64,000 nucleotides of DNA from Nemertoderma westbladi (Eukaryota > Animalia > Xenacoelomorpha): contig JAUCBJ010007760.1 in NCBI GenBank assembly GCA_032718475.1, positions 43,504-107,503 of the forward strand, given 5' to 3'. Below, in pieces: positions 48,309-62,500 of the stretch. Position 1 is the first letter of the stretch. The number at the start of each line of letters is the position of its first letter. The position numbers and the translations under genes were made by a program. The notes under the pieces were generated by a model. The model was not told where the DNA came from, searched no databases, and saw only the letters and a program-made list of their open reading frames with translations.

Positions 48309-50474
48309 GTTTGTTTACACAGTTGAATGCCTACGGCTATAAATACAGTTAAAGTAAGTCTAGTAATTCCGTATCACTGTTAGCCTAATAATTAATTACC
48401 GATACTGCTACTCAGTGTAGCGTGATATATATATAATATATTAGAATACCGGTATGCTTATAATATATATATAAGTATTATTACAGACTAGATTTGTCAC
48501 AGAGTACCGGTATATAATTTTTAGCACAAATATATATAAATATATAATAGGCCTATCGTGAATACCGGTAGACAGCTTACACCTATATTATATATAAGTA
48601 TAATTATGAACTAGAATTAATTACAGAGTACCGGTATGATTTCAGCTCAAATTTATAGAGATAAATATAATAAGCCTATGGTAAATACCGGTATGTCAAT
48701 TATTTTTAGAATAATTGAATTTCTGAATATTTTTAGGGTTACTTGGTTACTTTAACTTACTCTATTACCGTTATTTAAGCAGTAGTCCAACTGATATTGA
48801 GACCTAGTTGTTGTATGGCAGGCCTACTATTTTATTTATAGATTTAGTGGATTTATATGTACCCTTATGAGGGGTTTTATTACAATATTGAAATAGATGT
48901 TACTATTTCTGGGGGGAGTCACTACACAGAAGCTGTGCGCTCTCAGTGGAGTGCTACCTATGGGACACTAAAACAGATAATTCTAATTTACCTAAGTTAC
49001 TTAATTACTACAAATTACTTACGATACGGGTGAGATTAATTCTCTAGTTAAACACAACAAAAATATTACGTACGAAATTTTTAGGGTAATTTTACAGGAA
49101 GTCTACAAACCAGCCTAACAAAGGGTTAGAATTCTGGTTATTACAACGGACAGGGTACTACGGTATTTGAAATAATAGGTAGTAAATATATTGTACTGTC
49201 CAGATAGGAAAATACCACCGCCTGACGACCTATAACCGTATCGCTATAGGTACTACGTTATGTATCACGGATTGTTCCTACCCAGAAGCTAATAGAGCTA
49301 ACGAATGTGCCTATCAACCACTTTACAACACAAATATACCGCCTACACTAATTACTTCGGAAAGCACTGTACACTAAACCCTAAATTAGGTACAAGTACC
49401 GGTATAACAAATAATCAGTAGTTAAATATACTTGAACAGTTAAAAGAACCACGGCATCTGCTGGAATGACCGAAGCACAAAGTCACCAGTCTTTACCTAC
49501 GCCAAGCAGCCCGTGTAGTACCGGGGTTAATTTAACTATAACGGTATGTGTAACAAACACAATTACTGTAGGAATAAACTTGGGGACATGAATGTTGCGA
49601 ATAATCGCATAAACTCTGAATAATAAATATTACGCTACCCGTACAGAATACTCAAACAAATACCAACCAAACGCTGGCAGACTACTATTAAGCCTAAACA
49701 AACTACAGTATGTGCAGATTCTGAAACTGTTAGTTAGTATGCGTTCTAACACGGTAGTACGACTTACTCTTTAAGAGGGGATTGACCTTACCGCTTATGG
49801 CTGCCCCAACTTACTAACGGCACTTGATCAGACCAACTCTACACACGCAGCAATCCCTTCAGACCCAAAAATAGCTAGACAACAATCCAGCCTACAAATA
49901 TTTGAGTAATAACTATTACGGTACCTGAACAGACCACACAAACAAACTCAGGCTAAAACACTGGCAGACTACGATCAAGCCTAGATAAACTACAGTATAT
50001 GCAGACTCTGAAACTGTTAGTTAGTATGCGTTCTAACACGGTAGTACGACTTATTCTTTAAGAGGGGATTGACCTTACCGCATATGGCTGCCCCAACTTA
50101 CTAACGGCACTTTATCAGACAAACTCTACACACGCCGTAATCTCTCCAAACTCAACAACAGTCAGACAGCAGCTCAGCCTACAATTATTTGAACAATCTG
50201 AGCAGACTTACACGTCTTCAGCTCAATATTAACTTACTAGGAAATAAAACCGACAGAAATAAGTAAGCTCCAAAAGAAACAAGGGGTGTACAGTCCCTAA
50301 TCTCTTAAACAGCCTACCGGTATACAATAATCAAAATCGAATAATACTAAATGTACTTGTACAGCAGTACCGGTACCGGTGATGACAGTTAGGCCTACTG
50401 ACCTACAGAAGTACCGGTTCAGTTTTACCAGTCACTACGGTATTTTGCAACCCTATTGCCTACTGCAATAAGAT

Positions 50475-50487
50475 TATAAACTGTTAC
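50475..50487 (-). promoter_or_regulatory. E2 non-tRNA primer-binding site GTAACAGTTTATA, complementary to LTR 51240-51252
   Basis: Abuts the 5' LTR and forms a perfect 13-nt inverted match within the LTR. Confidence 0.78.
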
Positions 50488-51733
50488 TGTTCACGCTTTT
50501 GAAGACCTTTAGCAGTTTAACCTACCAAAATTTATATGTCTTTTAGTCAATTAAAACCACTTTAGCATACGACAATATTTTATGCTAATACGCAAAACAC
50601 TAGCCGAAATCAGCCCATGGCGATCATTCACCCGATGGATCTACACCCGGGAGACTGAATTCGGATGCTTAAATTTTATTATTGCAGTGTAAGGTTGCAG
50701 TGTAAACTTACTGTATTATTCGATAGATCGTTAATAATTAATTCCTGACAGATATTATTGGCTTTCGGGAAATATTAACAGTTCCTTTAGGACGTGGCGC
50801 TCTATCTATTTAAACAGAACTAAGACTTATACTAAAACGCAACGATACTGCTTATGATTGAAGTATAAAGCGTATTCTTTAGGAAATACTTTGTTACCAA
50901 TCACAATCATACACACTGTTCTGCCGACCGTCAGTATATTTGATCACACATAAAGAGAGCAGCAATTGACTCACGTAGGGTCTGCTAAATAACATTGGAT
51001 TCAATACACACCACATTAATATAAATCGCAATTGTTATGTATAGCCGGTCTCTCTAACCTGTAGTGTATCAAGAAAATTGGGAATTTGGGTGATTTATCC
51101 GTATTATCCAAAGAGCAATATTTCCATCAACAAATAGGTACAATTAATAACTGACGGTAAAATAACAGTACAAACAATATGATTAATGCAATTAAATTAA
51201 GTGAGCATGTTAATTAGTGAGTTATTGAGATTAGTTAGGGTAACAGTTTATACTTTCGATAATTTAAGCAGTTTACTAGAGTTCTTCCCAAAAAGCCGGT
51301 GTTTCTGGCTTAGACAGCAATAACAACAAAGTATCAAGTAAGAGCAGTAAGACTGAACACTCTCCTTATGATCGGCTGAAAAGCTACACGTCGACAGGAA
51401 AAATCGCTCTGATTGGCTCAAGCCAAACAAAGAACTATGCGTCCAATGGATGTTTCCATGTCAGCAACCAGCTGTTAGATGTCGTAATATGAATCATCAC
51501 GGCTAAGCTGTGAAAGGTAGTTGGTGCATTACAGGTTTTTTGCCTTACCATGTCCGCCAAAACACGTATATAGCAGAATGACTTTTATGTCCGTTAAAAC
51601 ACCTGTAACGGTACCTTGCGGGCGAGGGGAATATATATACAGTTAGAGAACCTTTTTAGAGTATTCCAGCGCCTGGGGGGAAACTGGATTGCGAAGCAAA
51701 AGGGGCCAGTTAGATCCCACAGAAGCTTTTACA
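50488..51733 (-). repeat. E2 5' LTR
   Basis: Direct repeat of 39904-41150. Confidence 0.97.
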
Positions 51734-53168
51734 TCAAGGGAAGCGTTTTGATGGACGACTGGCTATAACATATACAGACAAACTTGAAAGAGATACTGAA
51801 CTTGGGAAAAATGAACAACATGGAGAATCGGGAAGCCTGGAAGGATCTCATTTCCACTGTCCGAGTTCGCTCGACCTAGTAGTAGTAGTAGAATCGGGAA
51901 GCCTGGAAGGATCTCATTTCCACTGTCGGTCGACCTAGTAGTAGTAGTAGAATCGGGAAGCCTGGAAGGATCTCATTTCCACTGTCCGAGTTCGCTCGAC
52001 CTAGTAGTAGTAGTAGAATCGGGAAGCCTGGAAGGATCTCATTTCCACTGTCGCTCGACCTAGTAGTAGTTGGAGAATCGGGAAGCCTGGAAGGATCTCA
52101 TTTCCACTGTCCGAGTTCGCTCGACCTAGTAGTAGTAGTAGAATCGGGAAGCCTGGAAGGATCTCATTGCCACTGTCGCTCGACCTAGTAGTAGTAGTAG
52201 AATCGGGAAGCCTGGAAGGATCTCATTTCCACTGTCCGAGTTCGCTCGACCTAGTAGTAGTAGTAGAATGCTAGAATCGGGAAGCCTGGAAGGATCTCAT
52301 TTCCACTGTCGCTCGACCTAGTAGTAGTAGTAGAATCGGGAAGCCTGGAAGGATCTCATTTTCACTGTTCGAGTTCGCTCGACCTAGTAGTAGTAGTAGA
52401 ATGCTAGAATCGGGAAGCCTGGAAGGATCTCATTTCCACTGTCGCTCGACCTAGTAGTAGTAGTAGAATCGGGAAGCCTGGAAGGATCTCATTTCCACTG
52501 TCGCTCGACCTAGTAGTAGTTGGAGAATCGGGAAGCCTGGAAGGATCTCATTTCCACTGTCGCTCGACCTAGTAGTAGTAGTAGAATCGGGAAGCCTGGA
52601 AGGATCTCATTTCCACTGTCCGAGTTCGCTCGACCTAGTAGTAGTAGTAGAATGCTAGAATCGGGAAGCCTGGAAGGATCTCATTTCCACTGTCGCTCGA
52701 CCTAGTAGTAGTAGTAGAATCGGGAAGCCTGGAAGGATCTCATTTTCACTGTTCGAGTTCGCTCGACCTAGTAGTAGTAGTAGAATGCTAGAATCGGGAA
52801 GCCTGGAAGGATCTCATTTCCACTGTCGCTCGACCTATTAGTAGTAGTAGAATCGGGATGCCTGGAAGGATCTCATTTCCACTGTCGCTCGACCTAGTAG
52901 TAGTTGGAGAATCGGGAAGCCTGGAAGGATCTCATTTCCACTGTCCGAGTTCGCTCGACCTAGTAGTAGTAGTAGAATCGGGAAGCCTGGAAGGATCTCA
53001 TTTCCACTGTCCGAGTTCGCTCGACCTAGTAGTAGTAGTAGAATCGGGAAGCCTGGAAGGATCTCATTTCCACTGTCCGAGTTCGCCCGACCTAGTAGTA
53101 GTTGGAGAATCGGGAAGCCTGGAAGGAAAACATTTCCACTGTCCGAGCTCGCTCGACCTAGTAGTAGT
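51734..53168 (+). repeat. RTE family A 3' end followed by ~21 tandem copies of its last ~50 nt plus (TAG)n tail
   Basis: Unit GAATCGGGAAGCCTGGAAGGATCTCATTTCCACTGTC[CGAGTTC]GCTCGACC(TAG)n corresponds to 17742-17808. Confidence 0.93.
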
Positions 53169-53529
53169 ATTCAATAAACAAGCCTTGCAAAGGTGGGGTT
53201 TACTCAGTTCAACTCCTGGGTTGCTTTGACAAAACAGCCTCCTTACAGGTTGTTTCCAAAACATAGAGATCCTTTGGGATTTGCCAATTACTTATCCTTT
53301 TATATTTTAACACAATATAGTCATATAATTACCTAAAGTATCTATAATACCGTTACTATTTAATTGCAGATTCAAAACATCTCGTACAAGTGTGCCGTGT
53401 GGAATGGTACAGCAAATAAAATTGTGTTTGATGTTAACTGCAGCGATGAGAAATCTTATATATGCCACATGAACGGTTAGATAATTTTTATTGGAACATA
53501 TTATATTATTATATATCTATATTGTCAGT

Positions 53530-56500
53530 TTTACTTCATTTGTGTCACACAATTATTCATGTTGCCGCCATTTACTTCACTTGTGTACACACAATTATTC
53601 ATGTTGCCGCCATTTACTTCACTTGTGTCACACAATTATTCATGTTGCCGCCATTTACTTCACTTGTGTACACACAATTATTCATGTTGCCGCCATTTAC
53701 TTCACTTGTGTCACACAATTATTCATGTTGCCGCCATTTACTTCACTTGTATACACACAATTATTCATGTTGCCGCCATTTACTTCACTTGTGTCACACA
53801 ATTATTCATGTTGCCGCCATTTACTTCACATGTGTACACACAATTATTCATGTTGCCGCCATTTACTTCACTTGTGTACACACAATTATTCATGTTGCCG
53901 CCATTTACTTCACTTGTGTCACACAATTATTCATGTTGCCGCCATTTACTTCACTTGTGTACACACAATTATTCATGTTGCCGCCATTTACTTCACTTGT
54001 GTACACACAATTATTCATGTTGCCGCCATTTACTTCACTTGTGTCACACAATTATTCATGTTGCCGCCATTTACTTCACTTGTGTACACACAATTATTCA
54101 TGTTGCCGCCATTTACTTCACATGTGTACACACAATTATTCATGTTGCCGCCATTTACTTCACTTGTGTACACACAATTATTCATGTTGCCGCCATTTAC
54201 TTCACTTGTGTCACACAATTATTCATGTTGCCGCCATTTACTTCACATGTGTACACACAATTATTCATGTTGCCGCCATTTACTTCACTTGTGTACACAC
54301 AATTATTCATGTTGCCGCCATTTACTTCACTTGTGTTACACAATTATTCATGTTGCTGCCATTTACTTCATTTGTGTCACACAATTATTCATGTTGCCGC
54401 CATTTACTTCACTTGTGTCACACAATTATTCATGTTGCCGCCATTTACTTCACTTGTGTCACACAATTATTCATGTTGCCGCCATTTACTTCATTTGTGT
54501 CACACAATTATTCATGTTGCCGCCATTTACTTCACTTGTGTCACACAATTATTCATGTTGCCGCCATTTACTTCACTTGTGTCACACAATTATTCATGTT
54601 GCCGCCATTTACTTCACTTGTGTCACACAATTATTCATGTTGCCGCCATTTACTTCACATGTGTACACACAATTATTCATGTTGCCGCCATTTACTTCAC
54701 TTGTGTACACACAATTATTCATGTTGCCGCCATTTACTTCACTTGTGTTACACAATTATTCATGTTGCTGCCATTTACTTCATTTGTGTCACACAATTAT
54801 TCATGTTGCCGCCATTTACTTCACTTGTGTCACACAATTATTCATGTTGCCGCCATTTACTTCACTTGTGTCACACAATTATTCATGTTGCCGCCATTTA
54901 CTTCACTTGTTAACACACAATTATTCATGTTGCCGCCATTTACTTCACTTGTGTCACACAATTATTCATGTTGCCGCCATTTACTTCACTTGTGTCACAC
55001 AATTATTCATGTTGCCGCCATTTACTTCACATGTGTCACACAATTATTCATGTTGCCGCCATTTACTTCACATGTGTCACACAATTATTCATGTTGCCGC
55101 CATTTACTTCACTTGTGTACACACAATTATTCATGTTGCCGCCATTTACTTCACTTGTGTACACACAATTATTCATGTTGCCGCCATTTACTTCACTTGT
55201 GTACACACAATTATTCATGTTGCCGCCATTTACTTCACATGTGTCACACAATTATTCATGTTGCCGCCATTTACTTCACATGTGTCACACAATTATTCAT
55301 GTTGCCGCCATTTACTTCACATGTGTCACACAATTATTCATGTTGCCGCCATTTACTTCACTTGTGTACACACAATTATTCATGTTGCCGCCATTTACTT
55401 CACTTGTGTACACACAATTATTCATGTTGCCGCCATTTACTTCACTTGTGTACACACAATTATTCATGTTGCCGCCATTTACTTCACATGTGTCACACAA
55501 TTATTCATGTTGCCGCCATTTACTTCACATGTGTCACACAATTATTCATGTTGCCACCATTTACTTCACATGTGTCACACAATTATTCATGTTGCCGCCA
55601 TTTACTTCACTTGTGTTACACAATTATTCATGTTGCCGCCATTTACTTCACATGTGTACACACAATTATTCATGTTGCCGCCATTTACTTCACTTGTGTA
55701 CACACAATTATTCATGTTGCCGCCATTTACTTCACTTGTGTACACACAATTATTCATGTTGCCGCCATTTACTTCACTTGTGTACACACAATTATTCATG
55801 TTGCCGCCATTTACTTCACTTGTGTACACACAATTATTCATGTTGCCGCCATTTACTTCACTTGTGTCACACAATTATTCATGTTGCCGCCATTTACTTC
55901 ACTTGTGTTACACAATTATTCATGTTGCCGCCATTTACTTCACTTGTGTCACACAATTATTCATGTTGCCTCCATTTACTTCACTTGTGTACACACAATT
56001 ATTCATGTTGCCGCCATTTACTTCACTTGTGTCACACAATTATTCATGTTGCCGCCATTTACTTCACTTGTGTACACACAATTATTCATGTTGCCGCCAT
56101 TTACTTCACTTGTGTACACACAATTATTCATGTTGCCGCCATTTACTTCACTTATGTACACACAATTATTCATGTTGCCGCCATTTACTTCACTTGTGTC
56201 ACACAATTATTCATGTTGCCGCCATTTACTTCACTTGTGTCACACAATTATTCATGTTGCCGCCATTTACTTCACTTGTGTACACACAATTATTCATTTT
56301 GCCGCCATTTACTTCACTTGTGTCACACAATTATTCATGTTGCCGCCATTTACTTCACTTATGTACACACAATTATTCATGTTGCCGCTATTTACTTCAC
56401 TTGTGTCACACAATTATTCATGTTGCCGCCATTTACTTCACTTATGTACACACAATTATTCATGTTGCCGCCATTTACTTCACTTGTGTCACACAATTAT

Positions 56501-59500
56501 TCATGTTGCCGCCATTTACTTCACTTGTGTCACACAATTATTCATGTTGCCGCCATTTACTTCACTTGTGTGACACAATTATTCATGTTGCCGCCATTTA
56601 CTTCACTTGTGTACACACAATTATTCATGTTGCCGCCATTTACTTCACTTGTGTACACACAATTATTCATGTTGCCGCCATTTACTTCACTTGTGTACAC
56701 GCAATTATTCATGTTGCCGCCATTTACTTCACTTGTGTCACACAATTATTCATGTTGCCGCCATTTACTTCACTTGTGTCACACAATTATTCATGTTGCC
56801 GCCATTTACTTCACTTGTGTACACACAATTATTCATGTTGCCGCCATTTACTTCACTTGTGTCACACAATTATTCATGTTGCCGCCATTTACTTCACATG
56901 TGTACACACAATTATTCATGTTGCCGCCATTTACTTCACTTGTGTACACACAATTATTCATGTTGCCGCCATTTACTTCACTTGTGTTACACAATTATTC
57001 ATGTTGCTGCCATTTACTTCACTTGTGTCACACAATTATTCATGTTGCCGCCATTTACTTCACTTGTGTACACACAATTATTCATGTTGCCGCCATTTAC
57101 TTCACTTGTGTCACACAATTATTCATGTTGCCGCCATTTACTTCACTTGTGTACACACAATTATTCATGTTGCCGCCATTTACTTCACATGTGTACACAC
57201 AATTATTCATGTTGCCGCCATTTAATTCACTTGTGTTACACAATTATTCATGTTGCCGCCATTTACTTCACTTGTGTACACACAATTATTCATGTTGCCG
57301 CCATTTACTTCACTTGTGTACACACAATTATTCATGTTGCCGCCATTTACTTCACTTGTGTCACACAATTATTCATGTTGCCGCCATTTACTTCACTTGT
57401 GTACACACAATTATTCATGTTGCCGCCATTTACTTCACATGTGTACACACAATTATTCATGTTGCCGCCATTTAATTCACTTGTGTTACACAATTATTCA
57501 TGTTGCCGCCATTTACTTCACTTGTGTACACACAATTATTCATGTTGCCGCCATTTACTTCACTTGTGTCACACAATTATTCATGTTGCCGCCATTTACT
57601 TCACTTGTGTACACACAATTATTCATGTTGCCGCCATTTACTTCACATGTGTACACACAATTATTCATGTTGCCGCCATTTAATTCACTTGTGTTACACA
57701 ATTATTCATGTTGCCGCCATTTACTTCACTTGTGTACACACAATTATTCATGTTGCCGCCATTTACTTCACTTGTGTACACACAATTATTCATGTTGCCG
57801 CCATTTACTTCACTTGTGTCACACAATTATTCATGTTGCCGCCATTTACTTCACTTGTGTACACACAATTATTCATGTTGCCGCCATTTACTTCACTTGT
57901 GTCACACAATTATTCATGTTGCCGCCATTTACTTCACATGTGTCACACAATTATTCATGTTGCCGCCATTTACTTCACTTATGTACACACAATTATTCAT
58001 GTTGCCGCCATTTACTTCACTTGTGTCACACAATTATTCATGTTGCCGCCATTTACTTCACTTGTGTACACACAATTATTCATGTTGCCGCCATTTACTT
58101 CACATGTGTCACACAATTATTCATGTTGCCGCCATTTACTTCACTTATGTACACACAATTATTCATGTTGCCGCCATTTACTTCACTTGTGTACACACAA
58201 TTATTCATGTTGCCGCCATTTACTTCACTTGTGTCACACAATTATTCATGTTGCCGCCATTTACTTCACTTGTGTCACACAATTATTCATGTTGCCGCCA
58301 TTTACTTCACTTGTGTACACACAATTATTCATGTTGCCGCCATTTACTTCACTTATGTACACACAATTATTCATGTTGCCGCCATTTACTTCACTTATGT
58401 ACACACAATTATTCATGTTGCCGCCATTTACTTCACTTGTGTCACACAATTATTCATGTTGCCGCCATTTACTTCACTTGTGTCACACAATTATTCATGT
58501 TGCCGCCATTTACTTCACTTGTGTACACACAATTATTCATGTTGCCGCCATTTACTTCACTTGTGTACACACAATTATTCATGTTGCCGCCATTTACTTC
58601 ACTTGTGTCACACAATTATTCATGTTGCCGCCATTTACTTCACTTGTGTCACACAATTATTCATGTTGCCGCCATTTACTTCACTTATGTACACACAATT
58701 ATTCATGTTGCCGCCATTTACTTCACTTGTGTCACACAATTATTCATGTTGCCGCCATTTACTTCACTTATGTACACACAATTATTCATGTTGCCGCCAT
58801 TTACTTCACTTGTGTCACACAATTATTCATGTTGCCGCCATTTACTTCACTTATGTACACACAATTATTCATGTTGCCGCCATTTACTTCACTTGTGTCA
58901 CACAATTATTCATGTTGCCGCCATTTACTTCACTTATGTACACACAATTATTCATGTTGCCGCCATTTACTTCACTTGTGTCACACAATTATTCATGTTG
59001 CCGCCATTTACTTCACTTATGTACACACAATTATTCATGTTGCCGCCATTTACTTCACTTGTGTCACACAATTATTCATGTTGCCGCCATTTACTTCACT
59101 TATGTACACACAATTATTCATGTTGCCGCCATTTACTTCACTTGTGTCACACAATTATTCATGTTGCCGCCATTTACTTCACTTGTGTCACACAATTATT
59201 CATGTTGCCGCCATTTACTTCACTTGTGTCACACAATTATTCATGTTGCCGCCATTTACTTCACTTGTGTACACACAATTATTCATGTTGCCGCCATTTA
59301 CTTCACTTGTGTCACACAATTATTCATGTTGCCGCCATTTACTTCACATGTGTCACACAATTATTCATGTTGCCGCCATTTACTTCACTTATGTACACAC
59401 AATTATTCATGTTGCCGCCATTTACTTCACTTGTGTCACACAATTATTCATGTTGCCGCCATTTACTTCACTTGTGTACACACAATTATTCATGTTGCCG

Positions 59501-62500
59501 CCATTTACTTCACATGTGTCACACAATTATTCATGTTGCCGCCATTTACTTCACTTATGTACACACAATTATTCATGTTGCCGCCATTTACTTCACTTGT
59601 GTCACACAATTATTCATGTTGCCGCCATTTACTTCACTTGTGTCACACAATTATTCATGTTGCCGCCATTTACTTCACTTGTGTCACACAATTATTCATG
59701 TTGCCGCCATTTACTTCACTTGTGTCACACAATTATTCATGTTGCCGCCATTTACTTCACTTGTGTACACACAATTATTCATGTTGCCGCCATTTACTTC
59801 ACTTGTGTACACACAATTATTCATGTTGCCGCCATTTACTTCACTTGTGTACACACAATTATTCATGTTGCCGCCATTTACTTCACTTGTGTCACACAAT
59901 TATTCATGTTGCCGCCATTTACTTCACTTGTGTCACACAATTATTCATGTTGCCGCCATTTACTTCACTTGTGTCACACAATTATTCATGTTGCCGCCAT
60001 TTACTTCACTTGTGTACACACAATTATTCATGTTGCCGCCATTTACTTCACTTGTGTCACACAATTATTCATGTTGCCGCCATTTACTTCACTTGTGTAC
60101 ACACAATTATTCATGTTGCCGCCATTTACTTCACATGTGTCACACAATTATTCATGTTGCCGCCATTTACTTCACTTGTGTCACACAATTATTCATGTTG
60201 CCGCCATTTACTTCACATGTGTCACACAATTATTCATGTTGCCGCCATTTACTTCACTTGTGTTACACAATTATTCATGTTGCCGCCATTTACTTCACAT
60301 GTGTACACACAATTATTCATGTTGCCGCCATTTACTTCACTTGTGTACACACAATTATTCATGTTGCCGCCATTTACTTCACTTGTGTACACACAATTAT
60401 TCATGTTGCCGCCATTTACTTCACTTGTGTACACACAATTATTCATGTTGCCGCCATTTACTTCACTTGTGTACACACAATTATTCATGTTGCCGCCATT
60501 TACTTCACTTGTGTCACACAATTATTCATGTTGCCGCCATTTACTTCACTTGTGTCACACAATTATTCATGTTGCCGCCATTTACTTCACTTGTGTCACA
60601 CAATTATTCATGTTGCCGCCATTTACTTCACTTGTGTACACACAATTATTCATGTTGCCGCCATTTACTTCACTTGTGTCACACAATTATTCATGTTGCC
60701 GCCATTTACTTCACTTGTGTACACACAATTATTCATGTTGCCGCCATTTACTTCACTTGTGTACACACAATTATTCATGTTGCCGCCATTTACTTCACTT
60801 ATGTACACACAATTATTCATGTTGCCGCCATTTACTTCACTTGTGTCACACAATTATTCATGTTGCCGCCATTTACTTCACTTGTGTCACACAATTATTC
60901 ATGTTGCCGCCATTTACTTCACTTGTGTACACACAATTATTCATGTTGCCGCCATTTACTTCACTTGTGTCACACAATTATTCATGTTGCCGCCATTTAC
61001 TTCACTTATGTACACACAATTATTCATGTTGCCGCCATTTACTTCACTTGTGTCACACAATTATTCATGTTGCCGCCATTTACTTCACTTATGTACACAC
61101 AATTATTCATGTTGCCGCCATTTACTTCACTTGTGTCACACAATTATTCATGTTGCCGCCATTTACTTCACTTGTGTCACACAATTATTCATGTTGCCGC
61201 CATTTACTTCACTTGTGTCACACAATTATTCATGTTGCCGCCATTTACTTCACTTGTGTACACACAATTATTCATGTTGCCGCCATTTACTTCACTTGTG
61301 TACACACAATTATTCATGTTGCCGCCATTTACTTCACTTGTGTACACACAATTATTCATGTTGCCGCCATTTACTTCACTTGTGTCACACAATTATTCAT
61401 GTTGCCGCCATTTACTTCACTTGTGTCACACAATTATTCATGTTGCCGCCATTTACTTCACTTGTGTACACACAATTATTCATGTTGCCGCCATTTACTT
61501 CACTTGTGTCACACAATTATTCATGTTGCCGCCATTTACTTCACTTGTGTACACACAATTATTCATGTTGCCGCCATTTACTTCACTTGTGTACACACAA
61601 TTATTCATGTTGCCGCCATTTACTTCACTTGTGTCACACAATTATTCATGTTGCCGCCATTTACTTCACTTGTGTCACACAATTATTCATGTTGCCGCCA
61701 TTTACTTCACTTGTGTACACACAATTATTCATGTTGCCGCCATTTACTTCACTTGTGTCACACAATTATTCATGTTGCCGCCATTTACTTCACTTGTGTA
61801 CACACAATTATTCATGTTGCCGCCATTTACTTCACTTGTGTACACACAATTATTCATGTTGCCGCCATTTACTTCACTTGTGTCACACAATTATTCATGT
61901 TGCCGCCATTTACTTCACTTGTGTACACACAATTATTCATGTTGCCGCCATTTACTTCACTTGTGTACACACAATTATTCATGTTGCCGCCATTTACTTC
62001 ACTTGTGTCACACAATTATTCATGTTGCCGCCATTTACTTCACTTGTGTACACACAATTATTCATGTTGCCGCCATTTACTTCACTTGTGTACACACAAT
62101 TATTCATGTTGCCGCCATTTACTTCACTTGTGTCACACAATTATTCATGTTGCCGCCATTTACTTCACTTGTGTACACACAATTATTCATGTTGCCGCCA
62201 TTTACTTCACTTGTGTCACACAATTATTCATGTTGCCGCCATTTACTTCACTTGTGTACACACAATTATTCATGTTGCCGCCATTTACTTCACTTGTGTA
62301 CACACAATTATTCATGTTGCCGCCATTTACTTCACTTGTGTCACACAATTATTCATGTTGCCGCCATTTACTTCACTTGTGTACACACAATTATTCATGT
62401 TGCCGCCATTTACTTCACTTGTGTACACACAATTATTCATGTTGCCGCCATTTACTTCACTTGTGTCACACAATTATTCATGTTGCCGCCATTTACTTCA

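Larger units (their letters stand above)
39904..51733 (-). mobile_element. BEL/Pao element E2, non-autonomous (RT, RNase H and IN deleted), 11.8 kb
   Basis: 1247/1246-bp LTRs (one 1-nt indel noticed), TSD TCAAG, internal region closely similar to E1. Confidence 0.97.

Noticed and set aside
51820-53168. CRISPR-like regular array
   Set aside because: There are no unique spacers and no cas genes; the unit is an RTE 3' end.
53462-57683. Very long + strand ORFs (up to 1244 aa)
   Set aside because: They are translations of a stop-poor 41/42-bp satellite in all three frames, not genes.
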